A DNA stretch of 64,000 nucleotides, from assembly GCA_963662275.1 (NCBI GenBank), contig OY759316.1:3552001-3616000 (forward strand), read 5' to 3'. Each line of letters begins with the position of its first letter. Within the stretch, counting starts at the first letter, position 1. The notes beneath the pieces were generated by a model. That model searched no databases. It was given only the letters and a program-made list of their open reading frames with translations, and was not told the DNA's origin. Shown here one piece after another: positions 1-12,100 of this stretch. The translations under genes were made by a program, and so were the position numbers. Source of the stretch: Candidatus Cloacimonadales bacterium (lineage in GTDB: Bacteria; Cloacimonadota; Cloacimonadia; Cloacimonadales; DAONDQ01).

Positions 1-819
1 ATGCATGATATCCCTGGCAACGGTATGATCTTTATCCTCATTCCTGAGAATATCATAAATAATGAGGACACCGATGATATGATCCAAATTATCACGATAT
101 ACAGGGTAGCGTGTATATCCCTGCTCCCTGGCAAATACTTCCACATCATGAAGAAGTGTATCTTCATGGATAGCTATGACATCCATCCTGGGTACCATGA
201 TATTCTTCGCTTTTTGTTCATTAAACTCCAGCGCATCTTCCAACATATTCCGCTGTGGTTGAGCCAGGTCTTCATCTTCGGAAGTCTGGGAAAGAATGAA
301 AGCCAGATCGTCTTTTGTAATATAAGAGAAACCGGGCATGGCTTGAATTTGAAATACTTTAAAAAACAGATTTGTAAAAGAAGTAACAATTAAAACTATT
401 GGTTTTAAGATAATATAGAAAAATCTGAGAATAGGAAACAAGATCGGAACAAGTTTGTTGGGATAGTCACGAAAAATTGCCTTTGGTAGAATCTCACCAA
501 AAACAAGAATAATCCCAGCCATGGCTAACGAAGATATCTTGGGATCAATGATATGATTAGGTATTTTTTCCTGTACAACATAGGTTGTGATAGAAGCGAT
601 AACGATACTGGCAACGTTATTTCCTACCAAGGTTGTTCCGAAGAATCGGTCAGGTGATTCAATAAAGTGAAGGAGTTTCTTTTTTCGAATACTATGCTTC
701 GCATCCTTCTCAAGTTGCAGACGATCAAGTGACATAATCCCTGTTTCAATTCCTGCAAAAAAGAAAGTTAATGATAGAAAAAAAAGGAGCATCAGTAACA
801 ATAAAAAAATACTGAGCAT
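1..819 (-). CDS. CNNM/hemolysin-family (DUF21 + CBS) membrane protein, 3' end outside window
   Basis: Not in the ORF track because there is no stop in the window. Manual translation from ATG at 819 (overlapping the prfA TAA) is open to position 1: MLSIFLLL..FFAGIETG..GTTLVGNNVA..FGEILPK..IMVPRMDV..GYTRYPVYRDNLDHIIGV, which are typical CNNM and CBS motifs. Confidence 0.9.
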   Translation of the reverse strand, partial: MLSIFLLLLMLLFFLSLTFFFAGIETGIMSLDRLQLEKDAKHSIRKKKLLHFIESPDRFFGTTLVGNNVASIVIASITTYVVQEKIPNHIIDPKISSLAMAGIILVFGEILPKAIFRDYPNKLVPILFPILRFFYIILKPIVLIVTSFTNLFFKVFQIQAMPGFSYITKDDLAFILSQTSEDEDLAQPQRNMLEDALEFNEQKAKNIMVPRMDVIAIHEDTLLHDVEVFAREQGYTRYPVYRDNLDHIIGVLIIYDILRNEDKDHTVARDIMH

Positions 820-1895
820 TAAGCGTTAACCTTCTCCTCTCTGTAAGCTGCACGTAAAGCCGTTATGAATTCATCCAATTCACCATGTAATAAACCATCA
901 ATGTTATATGTTGTCAAGTTGATCCTATGATCTGTTACCCGTGATTGGGGAAAATTATACGTCCTAATTTTGGCTGATCTGTCCCCTGTGCCTACCTGGG
1001 ACTTGCGACTACTCGCAATTTCTGCTTCCTGTTTTGAGATTTCCATATCTAGTAAACGGGAGCGTAGAACATTCATCGCTTTATCTTTATTCTTTAATTG
1101 TGATTTCTCATCCTGGCAAGTGACTACAATTCCAGTAGGAATATGCGTAATCCGAACTGCTGAATCAGTTGTATTGACACTTTGTCCACCATTCCCTGAA
1201 GAACGGAAAACATCGATTCTGATTTCATTGTCCTTGATATCTATATCTACTTCATCTGCTTCAGGTAAAACAGCAACAGATACAGCAGAAGTATGAATTC
1301 TTCCACCTGCTTCCGTTTGCGGAACACGTTGCACACGATGAACACCGCTTTCGAAACGCATTGTTCCATACACATTATTTCCGCTAAGTAGAAATACGAT
1401 TTCCTTGAATCCACCTAAACCTGTTTCATTCATATCAAGAATCCGGAGTTTCCATTTCATTCTTTCGGCATAATACGAGTACATCCTGAATAATTCAGAG
1501 GCAAAAAGCGCAGCTTCTTCTCCCCCCGTTCCAGCTCGAATTTCAATAATGGCATTCTTCGCATCATTCGGGTCTGTCGGAACCAATAGATCATTTAATT
1601 CAGATTCAAGAGCATCCATTTGTTGAGTTAAGTCATTCTTTTCTTCTTCAAACATTTGGCGAAGCTCAGAATCTGATTCCTTATGCAGCATTTCATCACA
1701 TTCTGTAAACTGTTGTGAGACGGAACGATATTGATTATAACTATGGAAGATGGCAGATAAATCCTTAAAACGACGGGATATGTCTCGATACATCTTAGGA
1801 TCAGATAATATTTTGGAATCAGACATCTTGGTCTGCAATTGCTCAAATTCAAATTCCAGTTCTTTTAATTTTTCAACAGGTAGCATACGATTCAT
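819..1895 (-). CDS. prfA: peptide chain release factor 1
   Basis: GGQ motif (SSGNGGQSVNTTDSAVR), PxT motif (RVPQTE), ESGVHRVQRVP, IRTYNFPQSRVTDHRI. Confidence 0.97.
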   Translation of the reverse strand: MNRMLPVEKLKELEFEFEQLQTKMSDSKILSDPKMYRDISRRFKDLSAIFHSYNQYRSVSQQFTECDEMLHKESDSELRQMFEEEKNDLTQQMDALESELNDLLVPTDPNDAKNAIIEIRAGTGGEEAALFASELFRMYSYYAERMKWKLRILDMNETGLGGFKEIVFLLSGNNVYGTMRFESGVHRVQRVPQTEAGGRIHTSAVSVAVLPEADEVDIDIKDNEIRIDVFRSSGNGGQSVNTTDSAVRITHIPTGIVVTCQDEKSQLKNKDKAMNVLRSRLLDMEISKQEAEIASSRKSQVGTGDRSAKIRTYNFPQSRVTDHRINLTTYNIDGLLHGELDEFITALRAAYREEKVNA

Positions 1896-2896
1896 TATTC
1901 CTTATGTTTTTCTGATGCAATATTGGAGATATCCACAACGTTTGTATATTCGGAAATATCCATATCCAGGGCAGCTTTCATAGCAATCATCGCTACTTCC
2001 ACCATCTCATCATCCGGAGGTTGAGTGGTAATCCGCTGCAAAGCCATACCCGGAATAATCATTATTTTCACTAGAGGATGATGTACATTCTTACCTGATA
2101 GTTTCAGAATTTCATAGGAAATGCCTGAAACAAGGGGAATCAATAGAAAATGGTAACCGAGACGCAAAGCCCAATGCGGTGGATGATGTAAGATCAATGT
2201 AGCAACCAGCGTATCTACTATCGAGAAGAAAAGTATCGCTACCAGTAGGACAAAGACCATGAAGCTAGTACCACATCTGGGATGTAATGTCGAAAACTTC
2301 TGTATATGAGCAGTATCCAATTCGGAATCCTGTTCATACGCATGAACATTTTTATGCTCTGCACCATGATATTGAAATACTCTATGCACATCTTTCAGCC
2401 GACTGATGATCCAAACATAGATTACAAAGAAAATAATTCGAATCAAACCGGCAAAGAGATTAAAGCCAAGGTTATTCTTTGAAAGATTAACCCAGTCAGC
2501 TACCTTATATGGTAAAATACCAAATAGCAGAAATGCCAAGCCAAAAGCGATGAAATATGAGAAAATGGTTTCCACCTGGTTTCTCACATTCGATTTTTCC
2601 TTAAACTTCTCATTCTTGTTCTTTTCATCTTCTTTAAGATCTAGTTCATAACGTTCTGCTGAGAATGATAATGTTCGAAAGCCAATGATCATCATTTCAA
2701 TCAAAGAGACAAATCCCCTGATGATCGGAACTCCCATCCATTTTATTGTTTGAGTAACGCTTATAAAAGGTTCTTTTTTCAGCTCGATTGTCTTATCAAC
2801 TCTTCTTATTGCGGTTGCCAAATGTTCCGGACCACGCATCATAACACCTTCAATTACTGCTTGTCCACCTACATTTATCTGTTTCTTTTCGCTCAT
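1895..2896 (-). CDS. DUF1385 membrane protein
   Basis: VGGQAVIEGVMMR, FQYHGAEHK and HPRCGTSF motifs. Usual rpmE-DUF1385-prfA context. Start moved to MSEKK (2896) because the longer ORF runs through the rpmE terminator. Confidence 0.92.
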   Translation of the reverse strand: MSEKKQINVGGQAVIEGVMMRGPEHLATAIRRVDKTIELKKEPFISVTQTIKWMGVPIIRGFVSLIEMMIIGFRTLSFSAERYELDLKEDEKNKNEKFKEKSNVRNQVETIFSYFIAFGLAFLLFGILPYKVADWVNLSKNNLGFNLFAGLIRIIFFVIYVWIISRLKDVHRVFQYHGAEHKNVHAYEQDSELDTAHIQKFSTLHPRCGTSFMVFVLLVAILFFSIVDTLVATLILHHPPHWALRLGYHFLLIPLVSGISYEILKLSGKNVHHPLVKIMIIPGMALQRITTQPPDDEMVEVAMIAMKAALDMDISEYTNVVDISNIASEKHKE

Positions 2897-2920
2897 TCCG
2901 CTTCCTTTATTAAATGCATA

Positions 2921-2957
2921 AAAAAAGCACCACAAGCCTTTCCAAGCATTGTGGTGC
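2921..2957 (-). terminator. Rho-independent terminator after rpmE
   Basis: Stem GCACCACAA/TTGTGGTGC followed by a U-run on the minus strand. Confidence 0.75.
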
Positions 2958-2971
2958 AAAAGATTGAGTAT

Positions 2972-3184
2972 CTATTCTTCCGTGCTTTTACGATTATATT
3001 TTTTATTGAATTTTTCAACACGTCCAGCAGTATCCAGGAGTTTTTGTTTTCCTGTATAGAATGGGTGACATGCATTGCAGATATCAATATTGAGTTTTTC
3101 TTTCGTGGAACTGGTTTCAAATTCATTTCCACATGCACATTTAACTTGTACTTTCTCGTATTTGGGATGTATACCTTGTTTCAT
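2972..3184 (-). CDS. rpmE: 50S ribosomal protein L31 (Zn-binding type)
   Basis: [34 protein letters not shown]. Confidence 0.97.
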   Translation of the reverse strand: MKQGIHPKYEKVQVKCACGNEFETSSTKEKLNIDICNACHPFYTGKQKLLDTAGRVEKFNKKYNRKSTEE

Positions 3185-3368
3185 TTTTTATCTCCTGTAA
3201 ATGAACCTCATAGCGAGAGACATCATTTTTCATTAACCTGTTATATGTCAATAAAATTCACCATACTATCATCTATGTCTCATCAGTATGCATTTCTTAT
3301 ACCATCAAAGAACAAAAAGAGGACGGTTTTACTTCAGTAAATACCTACATTCCCCTTCGCACTTCGAA

Positions 3369-4670
3369 TTATCTGTTTACCATTCCATCATAGAGCGGAA
3401 AGCGAGCTGTCAATTGGCGAACTTCCATCTTGATCTGTGCTAAAACTTCTTCATTGTCATGATGATCAAAAGCCCGTTTAATAAATTCTGCAATCACTTC
3501 CATTTCCGGTTCCTTCATCCCACGTGTCGTGACGGATGGAGTTCCAATTCGAACTCCCGATGCCACAAAAGGTGAACGAGTATCGAAAGGTACTGTGTTT
3601 TTATTAACTGTGATACCGGCAATATCCAGAGTCTCTTCCATTTTCTTTCCGGAAGGACTGCCTGATTCTTCAGGACCAAGATCAATAAGCATCAAATGAG
3701 TATCAGTACCACCAGATACTAGCCTGAAACCATTTTTCGTTAGTGATTTAGCCAAATGATTCGCATTGTCAAGCACCTGTTGCTGATATACTTTAAAATC
3801 AGGAGATAATGCTTCCTTGAAGGCAACTGCCTTGGCTGCGATGATATGCATCAAAGGACCACCCTGTATACCTGGAAATACGTTCTGGTCAACAGTTTTG
3901 GCAAATTCTTCCTTACAAAGGATCAATCCGGCACGTGGACCACGTAATGTCTTATGTGTAGTCGTTGTAACGACATCGGCATAAGGAACAGGATTTGGAT
4001 GTAAGCCGGCTGCAACAAGACCTGCAATATGAGCCATATCAACCATGAATTTTGCTCCAACTTCATTTGCAATTTCCCTGAATTTTTTAAAATCAATCGT
4101 ACGCGGATATGCACTGGCACCTGTTAAAATTAGTTGCGGTTTATGTTCATGGGCTAATTTACGAATGACATCATAATCAAATTGTTCAGTCTTCGGATCA
4201 ACACCATAGTGGATAATGTTGTATAATTGTCCGGAAAAGCTAAGCGGATGTCCGTGGGTCAAGTGACCTCCATGTGCTAATTCCAATGATAAAACAGTAT
4301 CTCCTGGTTTGACAAGACTGAAATAGGCTGCCATATTTGCCTGTGAACCAGCATGAGGCTGGACATTTGCATGATCGGCACCGAATAATTCCTTCGCTCT
4401 TTCGATTGCGAGTCTTTCGACAACATCAATGAATTCACAACCTCCATAATAGCGACCATAAAGATCATAATTAATTTTACCAGTTTTCTTGCTCCAACGA
4501 TATGGATAACCTTCAGCGTACTTGTTTGTTAGAACAGAACCTTGGGCTTCCAGGACAGCACGGGAAGTGAAATTCTCTGACGCAATGAGTTCTAGATTTT
4601 CAATTTCTCTGACCAACTCATTTTGCATGGCTTCGTAAAGCTCTGGATCAATTGCTTTAATATAGCTCAT
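3369..4670 (-). CDS. glyA: serine hydroxymethyltransferase
   Basis: [37 protein letters not shown] (PLP lysine), [10 protein letters not shown]. Confidence 0.97.
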   Translation of the reverse strand: MSYIKAIDPELYEAMQNELVREIENLELIASENFTSRAVLEAQGSVLTNKYAEGYPYRWSKKTGKINYDLYGRYYGGCEFIDVVERLAIERAKELFGADHANVQPHAGSQANMAAYFSLVKPGDTVLSLELAHGGHLTHGHPLSFSGQLYNIIHYGVDPKTEQFDYDVIRKLAHEHKPQLILTGASAYPRTIDFKKFREIANEVGAKFMVDMAHIAGLVAAGLHPNPVPYADVVTTTTHKTLRGPRAGLILCKEEFAKTVDQNVFPGIQGGPLMHIIAAKAVAFKEALSPDFKVYQQQVLDNANHLAKSLTKNGFRLVSGGTDTHLMLIDLGPEESGSPSGKKMEETLDIAGITVNKNTVPFDTRSPFVASGVRIGTPSVTTRGMKEPEMEVIAEFIKRAFDHHDNEEVLAQIKMEVRQLTARFPLYDGMVNR

Positions 4671-5110
4671 GAATGATTCTCCTCATATATATTAATTTTT
4701 TTTAATCGATTATCGTGTCGCCCACCCTCAAATTCTGTCTGGAGAAATTGGTTAATAATATCCTCTGCCAGACAAGTTGCGATGAACTTTCCAGGTAAAC
4801 AAAGAATATTGGCATTATTGTGTTTACGGGCTAGCCGGGCAAAATCAGTGCAATGACATAAGGCTGCCCGAACATGTAATACTTTATTCGCCACAATAGA
4901 CATGCCTATTCCGCTGCCACAGACCAGGATACCATAATCACAATTCCCTTCACCCACAGCTTGTGCGGCTGGAAAACCGGTATCAGGATAATCTATAGAA
5001 CTATTTGAATACGTTCCAAAATCCACAATTTCAGCATACTTTCCGACAAAGGGTTTAATCGCTTCTTTTAAATCGTAACCTGCATGATCTGAAGCTAATG
5101 CTATTTTCAT
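4667..5110 (-). CDS. rpiB: ribose-5-phosphate isomerase B
   Basis: [37 protein letters not shown]. Start moved to 5110 because the upstream extension lies in a repeat. Confidence 0.95.
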   Translation of the reverse strand: MKIALASDHAGYDLKEAIKPFVGKYAEIVDFGTYSNSSIDYPDTGFPAAQAVGEGNCDYGILVCGSGIGMSIVANKVLHVRAALCHCTDFARLARKHNNANILCLPGKFIATCLAEDIINQFLQTEFEGGRHDNRLKKINIYEENHS

Positions 5111-5130
5111 AAATGCCTCTATTTGTCGTT

Positions 5131-5273
5131 GTAGGGATAGACCCATGTGTCTATCCGATACCTGTTAAATTTGGATAGACAAGTGTGTCTATCCGATACC
5201 TGTTAAATTTGGATAGACAAGTGAGTCTATCGATACCTGTTAAATTTGGATAGACACGCGGGTCTATCCCTGC
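5131..5273. repeat. GTAG-type REP cluster: four GGATAGAC-N6-GTCTATCC palindromes, 38-bp period
   Basis: Palindromes start at 5135, 5173, 5211 and 5248 (the third is one base short). The cluster begins GTAGGGATAGAC and ends with the inverted GTCTATCCCTGC. Confidence 0.88.
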
Positions 5274-6178
5274 TATTTACACATAATCGCACATAAGGCG
5301 ATTGAATATAATTTAGTCTTTGTAGAATCTCCCCGAGATGATAATACACAAGGAACACGAGCACCTGCGACAAAAGCACCCAATTCAGCATTGGCAAGTT
5401 TGGTCATGCCTTTATAGAAAACCTGTCCTGATTCGATATTCGGGAAAAGGATACAATCAACATCACCGGCAACAGGACTCTTAAACCCTTTGATTGCTGC
5501 TGATTCAGCATCAACCATAAGATCAAAGGATAAAGGACCTTCAATGATAGCTTTTTTAAATTGTCCTCGTTCTGCCATTTTTGATAAAACTGCGGCTTCA
5601 TAAGAGGACATGATTTTGGTAGAAACTGTTTCTGCGGCAGATAAAAGACCGATTTTGGGATTATCAATACCTAAGGCATTAGCAACATTGATCAAATATC
5701 CGATTTGAGCCATCTTCTGATTAAACTCAGGAAGTGGAAGAATAGCTACATCACTCACGATTAGCAATTTATGGTAAGTTGGAACTTCCACAACTGCCAC
5801 ATGGCTTAATACTGCGCCTGGATTCATGAGCCCATTTTCTTTATTCAGGATAGCACGCATATACTTATCAGTGGAGATCAATCCTTTCATTAAAATATCT
5901 GCTTGCTTCTGATTAATCACATTGACTGCTTTTGATGCAGCAACTGTATCGACGGTTTCATGCATAATCGTGAATTTTTTTATATCAATTTTCTCTTCTT
6001 CACAAATTCTCTTTATGATATTTTCATCACCAATCAACAAACCGTCAACAATACCCAAATCTATCGCATCACTAACAGCGCAAATCGTATGTGAATCATT
6101 AGCATATGCGGCAACAAGTCTTTTTCGCGGATTAGCTTTGACGACATCAACGAGTTGATCTAATTTACTAATAGGCAT
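5273..6178 (-). CDS. phosphate acyltransferase (phosphate butyryltransferase-like)
   Basis: ADILMKGLIST, SHVAVVEVPTYHKLL, EGPLSFD, VAGDVDCILFPNIESG, LSSRGDS. Confidence 0.88.
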   Translation of the reverse strand: MPISKLDQLVDVVKANPRKRLVAAYANDSHTICAVSDAIDLGIVDGLLIGDENIIKRICEEEKIDIKKFTIMHETVDTVAASKAVNVINQKQADILMKGLISTDKYMRAILNKENGLMNPGAVLSHVAVVEVPTYHKLLIVSDVAILPLPEFNQKMAQIGYLINVANALGIDNPKIGLLSAAETVSTKIMSSYEAAVLSKMAERGQFKKAIIEGPLSFDLMVDAESAAIKGFKSPVAGDVDCILFPNIESGQVFYKGMTKLANAELGAFVAGARVPCVLSSRGDSTKTKLYSIALCAIMCK

Positions 6179-6397
6179 AAATCCTCCATCAATATTAATA
6201 TTTTATTCAAGTTTTTAGTCAATCATCCTAATGTCAAGGAATTATGAAAGGACAGAAGCTTTTTGCGAATAGATGATTGCTGATATGAAAGAAAAGACAA
6301 CTCTTGAGGATTTAATTTTTGTGATAACTGTTAGGAAATATACGGAAGTAAAAAGAAAAAGGATACTGAATATATCTGAACACGAATATGGAAGTTT

Positions 6398-6448
6398 AAA
6401 AAAACTCCTGTCCATATATGTAAATTCGGTTCATATGGGACAGGAGCT
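6398..6448 (-). terminator. Rho-independent terminator
   Basis: CTCCTGTCC..GGACAGGAG stem with a T7 run on the minus strand, just after the stop at 6466. Confidence 0.75.
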
Positions 6449-6465
6449 ATAAAAGATTTAACTCT

Positions 6466-8742
6466 TTAGAATTTAACTACTTTACGTACAGTATGAATAG
6501 AACCTGTATTCATCATAATATAATAAATCCCTGAAGCGCATTTAGCTCCCTTCAAATCATGTCCATTCCATAGTATTTCATATGAACCAGCATGCTTGGA
6601 AGCGGAAACTAACGTATTAACACGTTGACCTTTGATATTGTATACATCAATGGTAACTCGATCATCAGTATGTAAACCATACTTGATCTGGGTAGCAATT
6701 TGGAACGGATTCGGATAAATTGCCTGGATTGATGTATCTTTCGGGGTAATGGGTATTGTTGTATGATTGACTTCGATTGAAACGGGTCCATTGAGAGAAG
6801 TTAAACCTGACAGCTCAGTGTATTGAATCCAATAATAATAAACAACATGCTCCGTACCAATTTCATCATCATTATATGAATAAGTATGAGCTTCTGAAGT
6901 ATTAGACGCTGGTATTAATTCTTGTGTCAGGCAATTTGCAGTATTGATCATGTTTTCTGTGTTTCTGAATACATGATATCCTAACAAATTAGTTTCAGTT
7001 TGAGCAACCCATGATAGTAACACATTTGTTTGCTGACTAAGCGAAGCTGTGAAGGAAGTCAATTCAACTGGCAATGTTTGGTCAACTTCAGCAAGAGTCC
7101 AATCTAAATCGCCTTCAGGACTACTCAAAAAAGAAACTCCCTGAGCGATAACATAACTATAAGATCCCTGATTATTGACATTGTATAAGCCGAAATACTC
7201 CCATGGTCCTTCACCTATTATATGTTTCCGATAATACACTTTCAATTGTGGTGAAGAAGATAAAATAGTTGGAAACGAAAAAGTGATATCAACTGTACCT
7301 TCAACGGTACCGGATGTTTGCCAAGTATGGGCAAGACCGCTAATCCCATTATAAATTGGAGCAGTGTTGCTTAGAATAACCTTTAAATCAGCAACAGTCT
7401 GAGAACCAGTAATCGAAAAATCCTTATTTAGGAGAGTCAGATCATAACCATTAAAAGACAAAGAACCGCTTGTAAAGTCTAGTGTTGTTGTGGTAACATC
7501 ATTAGGGAGTATGGCATAATTTCCCGAACCAGGATTTACATTGATCGAATTCACAACAGTTGGAATGATATCAGATGAATTTATTCCCAGGACTGCATTA
7601 ATGTTAGTCGCTCCATCACCGGATATTCCTCCATCTCCATTATAAAAGAATAGAGCTGTTCCTGTGATACTCCCGGTTACAATAAGATCGTAATTATCTA
7701 ATGTAATTGAACCATTAACAAAAACGAGATCGGTTGTTGTAACACTATTTGGCAGGATCATTGAATTTCCGACACCCGTTGTGATTGTGAGTGAAGTCAT
7801 CATCATTGGCAATGATGATGGTGTTGTTGTTGTCACCGTTACAATGGCACCAATGCCGGTTTGGGATGGTGCACCAATCCCACTATATGTAAAATATGGT
7901 GTTCCGTTTAGAATACCAAAGATAGTTAGATTGTAATTCCCAAAGTTTAACGATCCGGTTGTAAAGGAAATATTTCCGCATGAAGCTGCTGAAGTGAGGG
8001 TAACTGCATTTCTAATCGTCACTATATTGGCTGAAGATGCCGGAATGAGTGTTGCATTTATCCAAGTTGAACCATCCAGTGAAGATTCCCAGGTAGAGGT
8101 CTGATTCCAATTACCATTTGCTTTCGTACGAAAATAATCACTAGCGTTGGTTTGTCTTGTACCGGAAAGGGTCATCGTACGATTATAGAAAATTGAAGTT
8201 GAAGAGCTGGCATTCCATGCATAAACTCTGACCGTCATTGTTTGCCCATTAGTCATGTTGATAGATAAGGCGGAATTCGTGAAAGTATATGGACTTGAAC
8301 TGGTAAAAGTATAATCAGCAAGTAAAGAAGTATATGTTGAGAAACCATCAAGTGAATAGCGAATTGCACTATGCATATTAATCTGACTTGCTTGGAGTAT
8401 GATTGATAAATTGGTGATTTTGATATTTGCCGTAGCTGTTAATCTGTATTGATAATATCTTTGTTCATTCATTGAGCTGATATTCCAAGAATTTGAATTT
8501 GCTCCTGAGGCATTATATGTAATTGTAGGAACAGGTGCCGGATTACCACGTGTCAACGTAGATCCAGTAACAGAACCAACATTTACACAGCTCCCATTTG
8601 ATGTTAAAGCCCATTTTCCAGAACATGTCTGAGCATAAGCAAAGCCTGTCATGATAATGAAAATCAGAAAAACAAAAATCCCTTTCTGCTTAAAACTAAT
8701 TTTACTCAATCGTTCCTCCTCCTTTCTTAACAATGCATTCAT
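6466..8742 (-). CDS. secreted Ser/Thr-rich surface protein with C-terminal FlgD-Ig/T9SS-type sorting domain
   Basis: Signal peptide ending AYA-Q, LPVELTSFTA motif, C-terminal IYPNPF..VYNIKGQRV..WNG..ASGIYY. Confidence 0.8.
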   Translation of the reverse strand: MNALLRKEEERLSKISFKQKGIFVFLIFIIMTGFAYAQTCSGKWALTSNGSCVNVGSVTGSTLTRGNPAPVPTITYNASGANSNSWNISSMNEQRYYQYRLTATANIKITNLSIILQASQINMHSAIRYSLDGFSTYTSLLADYTFTSSSPYTFTNSALSINMTNGQTMTVRVYAWNASSSTSIFYNRTMTLSGTRQTNASDYFRTKANGNWNQTSTWESSLDGSTWINATLIPASSANIVTIRNAVTLTSAASCGNISFTTGSLNFGNYNLTIFGILNGTPYFTYSGIGAPSQTGIGAIVTVTTTTPSSLPMMMTSLTITTGVGNSMILPNSVTTTDLVFVNGSITLDNYDLIVTGSITGTALFFYNGDGGISGDGATNINAVLGINSSDIIPTVVNSINVNPGSGNYAILPNDVTTTTLDFTSGSLSFNGYDLTLLNKDFSITGSQTVADLKVILSNTAPIYNGISGLAHTWQTSGTVEGTVDITFSFPTILSSSPQLKVYYRKHIIGEGPWEYFGLYNVNNQGSYSYVIAQGVSFLSSPEGDLDWTLAEVDQTLPVELTSFTASLSQQTNVLLSWVAQTETNLLGYHVFRNTENMINTANCLTQELIPASNTSEAHTYSYNDDEIGTEHVVYYYWIQYTELSGLTSLNGPVSIEVNHTTIPITPKDTSIQAIYPNPFQIATQIKYGLHTDDRVTIDVYNIKGQRVNTLVSASKHAGSYEILWNGHDLKGAKCASGIYYIMMNTGSIHTVRKVVKF

Positions 8743-9113
8743 GTTTTTTGCCTAACAGAATCATATGAAAATCAATCTCATAATATATTCATAATTGATA
8801 AAAATCAAAATTAATTTGTCAATTATTATGTAAAGCTATTTCTATAAATGCGCAAAATACTAGATATCATATTGTTGAGTTTGTTTTAGAAAATCTTGTA
8901 ATCTAGATATTATTGGAAATAAAGAAAGAAAATTCTATTGTGCGAAATTCGGAATACAAATGAAGAATAGAGACTGAAGAATGAAGCAACCAAACAGCCC
9001 AAGAATCGTTCATTCGGGTGTTAGTGTCAAAATCGGGCTACTTGCCTCTTACATTCTGGTCATTTCAAAGTCATCTTGGCAAGTTGAACTCCAAGAGTTC
9101 TCAGATAAATGCT

Positions 9114-12100
9114 CTATGGCAGTGACCTTGCTAAACGGAAGCCCAGGAAGTAGTTTCGATCGTTCTGTAAATAAGTATAACGAGCAGAAACTCTACAATA
9201 TTCAATACTACTATCCCAGCATCCACCACGGAAAACTTTCAAGTGTTCAGGAGGCATGATTGGTCCGGTTGGGTTTTGAACGGGACTTATACTATAATAA
9301 TCAGCATTATACCAGTCCCAGCACCATTCGCAAACATTTCCGCTCATATCAAAAGCACCCAATTCGTTCCACAGTTTCTGACCTATAGGATGTGTAGTAC
9401 CATCAGCATTTCCCACATACCAGGCAGCAGCCCCAATGTTTTGATAGGCTGTTTCATCTGGTCCCCAAACACCGCTAAATTTTGCTTCATGAATAGGGTC
9501 ACCCATAATTCCGAACCTTCCTCCTTTCGCAGCAAATTCCCATTCTGCTTCTGTAGGTAATCTGTAGCCCCCATATACCCTTGGTCTAAAATCGCAGGTA
9601 AAGCCATTATTAAAGGTCTCATGATTCCAGTCTAATACAGGTGTCCATACATCAGGATCTTGAGTTTGATGAACAACACCCAATGTATCTGTCCATGTAA
9701 AAGTATAACATTGCAGCAGTCCTTCTGCTTCACTTCTTTTATTGCAGTAAGCAAGTGCTTCATACCAACTGACTCTCTCAACAGGTCTATCTGATCTACC
9801 TACAAAAAAGGAAGGATTGAATCCCATAGTGGCATAGAATTCAGATTGTGAGACTTCATTCCTACCAATGTAATAATCATCAGTTAAAGTCACAGGATGA
9901 CGTAATCCATCTTGATCACTAGGTCCAAAAAGATATGTGTCTCCCATCGTGAAAGATCCATGTTGAACAAATACCATACCTGGTACGGAAAACACAGCAA
10001 TCTCATAAGCAGCCGTAATGATTGGACTCGGATCCATATTATCAAAATAAGCTCTCGCTTTCAAGACTGTTGTAGAAGACACAGTAAAAGGAGTCGTATA
10101 TAAATTGGATGCTTCGGTAGGAGTGGAACCATTTGTAGTATATCGAATCTCAGCTCCATGGGTAGCACAAGATATCGAGACAGAGATTGGCTGTTCATAC
10201 CGTATAGGATGCTGTGGGTCAGGTCCTCCAGGATAATTGAATACTGGGCTCGCAATGTCAATTGTATAGGATGCAGTAACAACCTGGCTTGGATCCATTT
10301 GACCCCAGAAAGCTTTTGCTTTGATCGTAGTGGTACTCGCGATAATGAAAGGAGAAACATATAGCGTAGATGAAGCAGTAGGGTTGCTTCCGTTTGTCGT
10401 ATATCGAATCTGGGCACCATCCGTTGGGCAGGACATGGAAATTGTTTGAGGTGTTCCATAGCTGTCTGAAGATGGCAAAATAACCGGATCTAAAACAGTT
10501 AAGGTATAAACAGCAGAAACAATCAGGCTTGAATCACCACCCTGGTTGAAAGCAATTGCCTTCAAGGTTGTCGTTCTCGTGATTTGAATTGGACTAGAAT
10601 ATAAAGCTGAATTCATGGTAGGTTCCGTGCCATTTGTTGTATACCTGATTTGCGATCCGACAGTTGCGCAGCTTAAGACCACAGATTGGGGTGTATCAAA
10701 TGTACCTCCGGCAGGCTCAAAGATTGGCTCAGCAACCGTTAATGTATAGACGGCTATAGCAATCAGACTTGAGTCTCCAATACGTAAACTTGACTTTGCC
10801 TTTGTGCTTATACCGACATCGCCTGTACTTGAGCTAGTAATTTTTGTCCTTGAGGCAGCATTGTTTTGAACTGCTTTTTCTCTTGTGACTGCCACTCCTC
10901 CCTGGTTGAAGGCAATAGCTTTTAACGTTGTTGATCCAACTATCTGTATTGGATCAGTATATAAAGTAGAAGTGACATTGGGTTCATTACCGTCAGTTGT
11001 ATATCTTATTTCTGCCCCTATCGTTGCACATGAAATCCTAACTGTTTGTGCTGAGCCATAAGTTCCACCGATGGGATTGAATGTAGGTTCAGCTACTGTG
11101 AGGTTATAAACACCAATACCAATAAGACTTGCGTCACCACCCTGGTTGAACGCAATTGCCCTTATTGTTGTTGAGCCAAGCACTTGTATAGGATTAGTAT
11201 ATAGTGTTGATGTAACATTAGGTTCATTTCCATTTGTAGTATATCTGATTGTTGTGTTAGGTGTGACACAGTGAATGCTAACTGTTTGGGTAGCACCATA
11301 AGTACCACTACCGGGATTGAAAGTAGGTTCAGCCACCGTAAACGAATAGACAGCAGTAACGACATGGCTTGGATCCATCACTCCAGAGAATGCTTTTGCT
11401 TTCAAGGTAGTAGTGCCATTGACAATGATTGGATCTGAATATAGGCTTGATGATGCAGTAGGATTACTGCCATTGGTTGTATATCTGATCTGCGCACCTT
11501 CTGTAGCGGACGTAATGGTAACAGATTGAGGTTGGGTATAGGAACCGGAAGGCAATTCAAAAACTGGATCAGACACTGTTAATGAATAAGCAGCAGAAGC
11601 AATCGAACTTGCATCCCCACCTTGGTTGAACGCAATCGCCTTGATTGTCGTAGTTCCCAGTACTGGTATAGGAGCTGTATATGTAGTAGAAGAACTGATA
11701 GGGTCATCGCCATTCGTAGTATACCTGATTGTTGAGCCAACAGTCGTGCATCTGATGGAAACTAATTTAGTTGAATTATAAGAACCAGCTACGGGCGTAA
11801 AAGTTGGTTCTGCCACTGTCAGAGTATAGTTTGCCAAAGCGATCAGGCTTGTATCTCCACCTTGATTGAAGGCAATCGCTTTTAAGGTTGTTGATCCAAC
11901 TATGTTAATTGGACCTGTATATAAAGTTGAAGAAATAATGGGTTCATCACCATTGGTTGTATATCTGATTGTCGTGCTGGGAGTCGTACAAGAGATACGA
12001 ACTGATTGTGGTGCACCATAAGTACCACCGACAGGATTGAAAGTCGGTTCTGCAACAGAAAATGAATAGACAGAAGTCACAACCTGGCTTGGTTCCATTT

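Noticed and set aside
1..393. Plus-strand 130-aa ORF and minus-strand ORF 174-389
   Set aside because: They are shadows of the CNNM/CBS gene on the minus strand (1-819).
8983..9110. Several small stems downstream of the repeat lipoprotein, considered as an ncRNA or riboswitch
   Set aside because: No recognisable family motif. An Rfam or covariation search would be needed.
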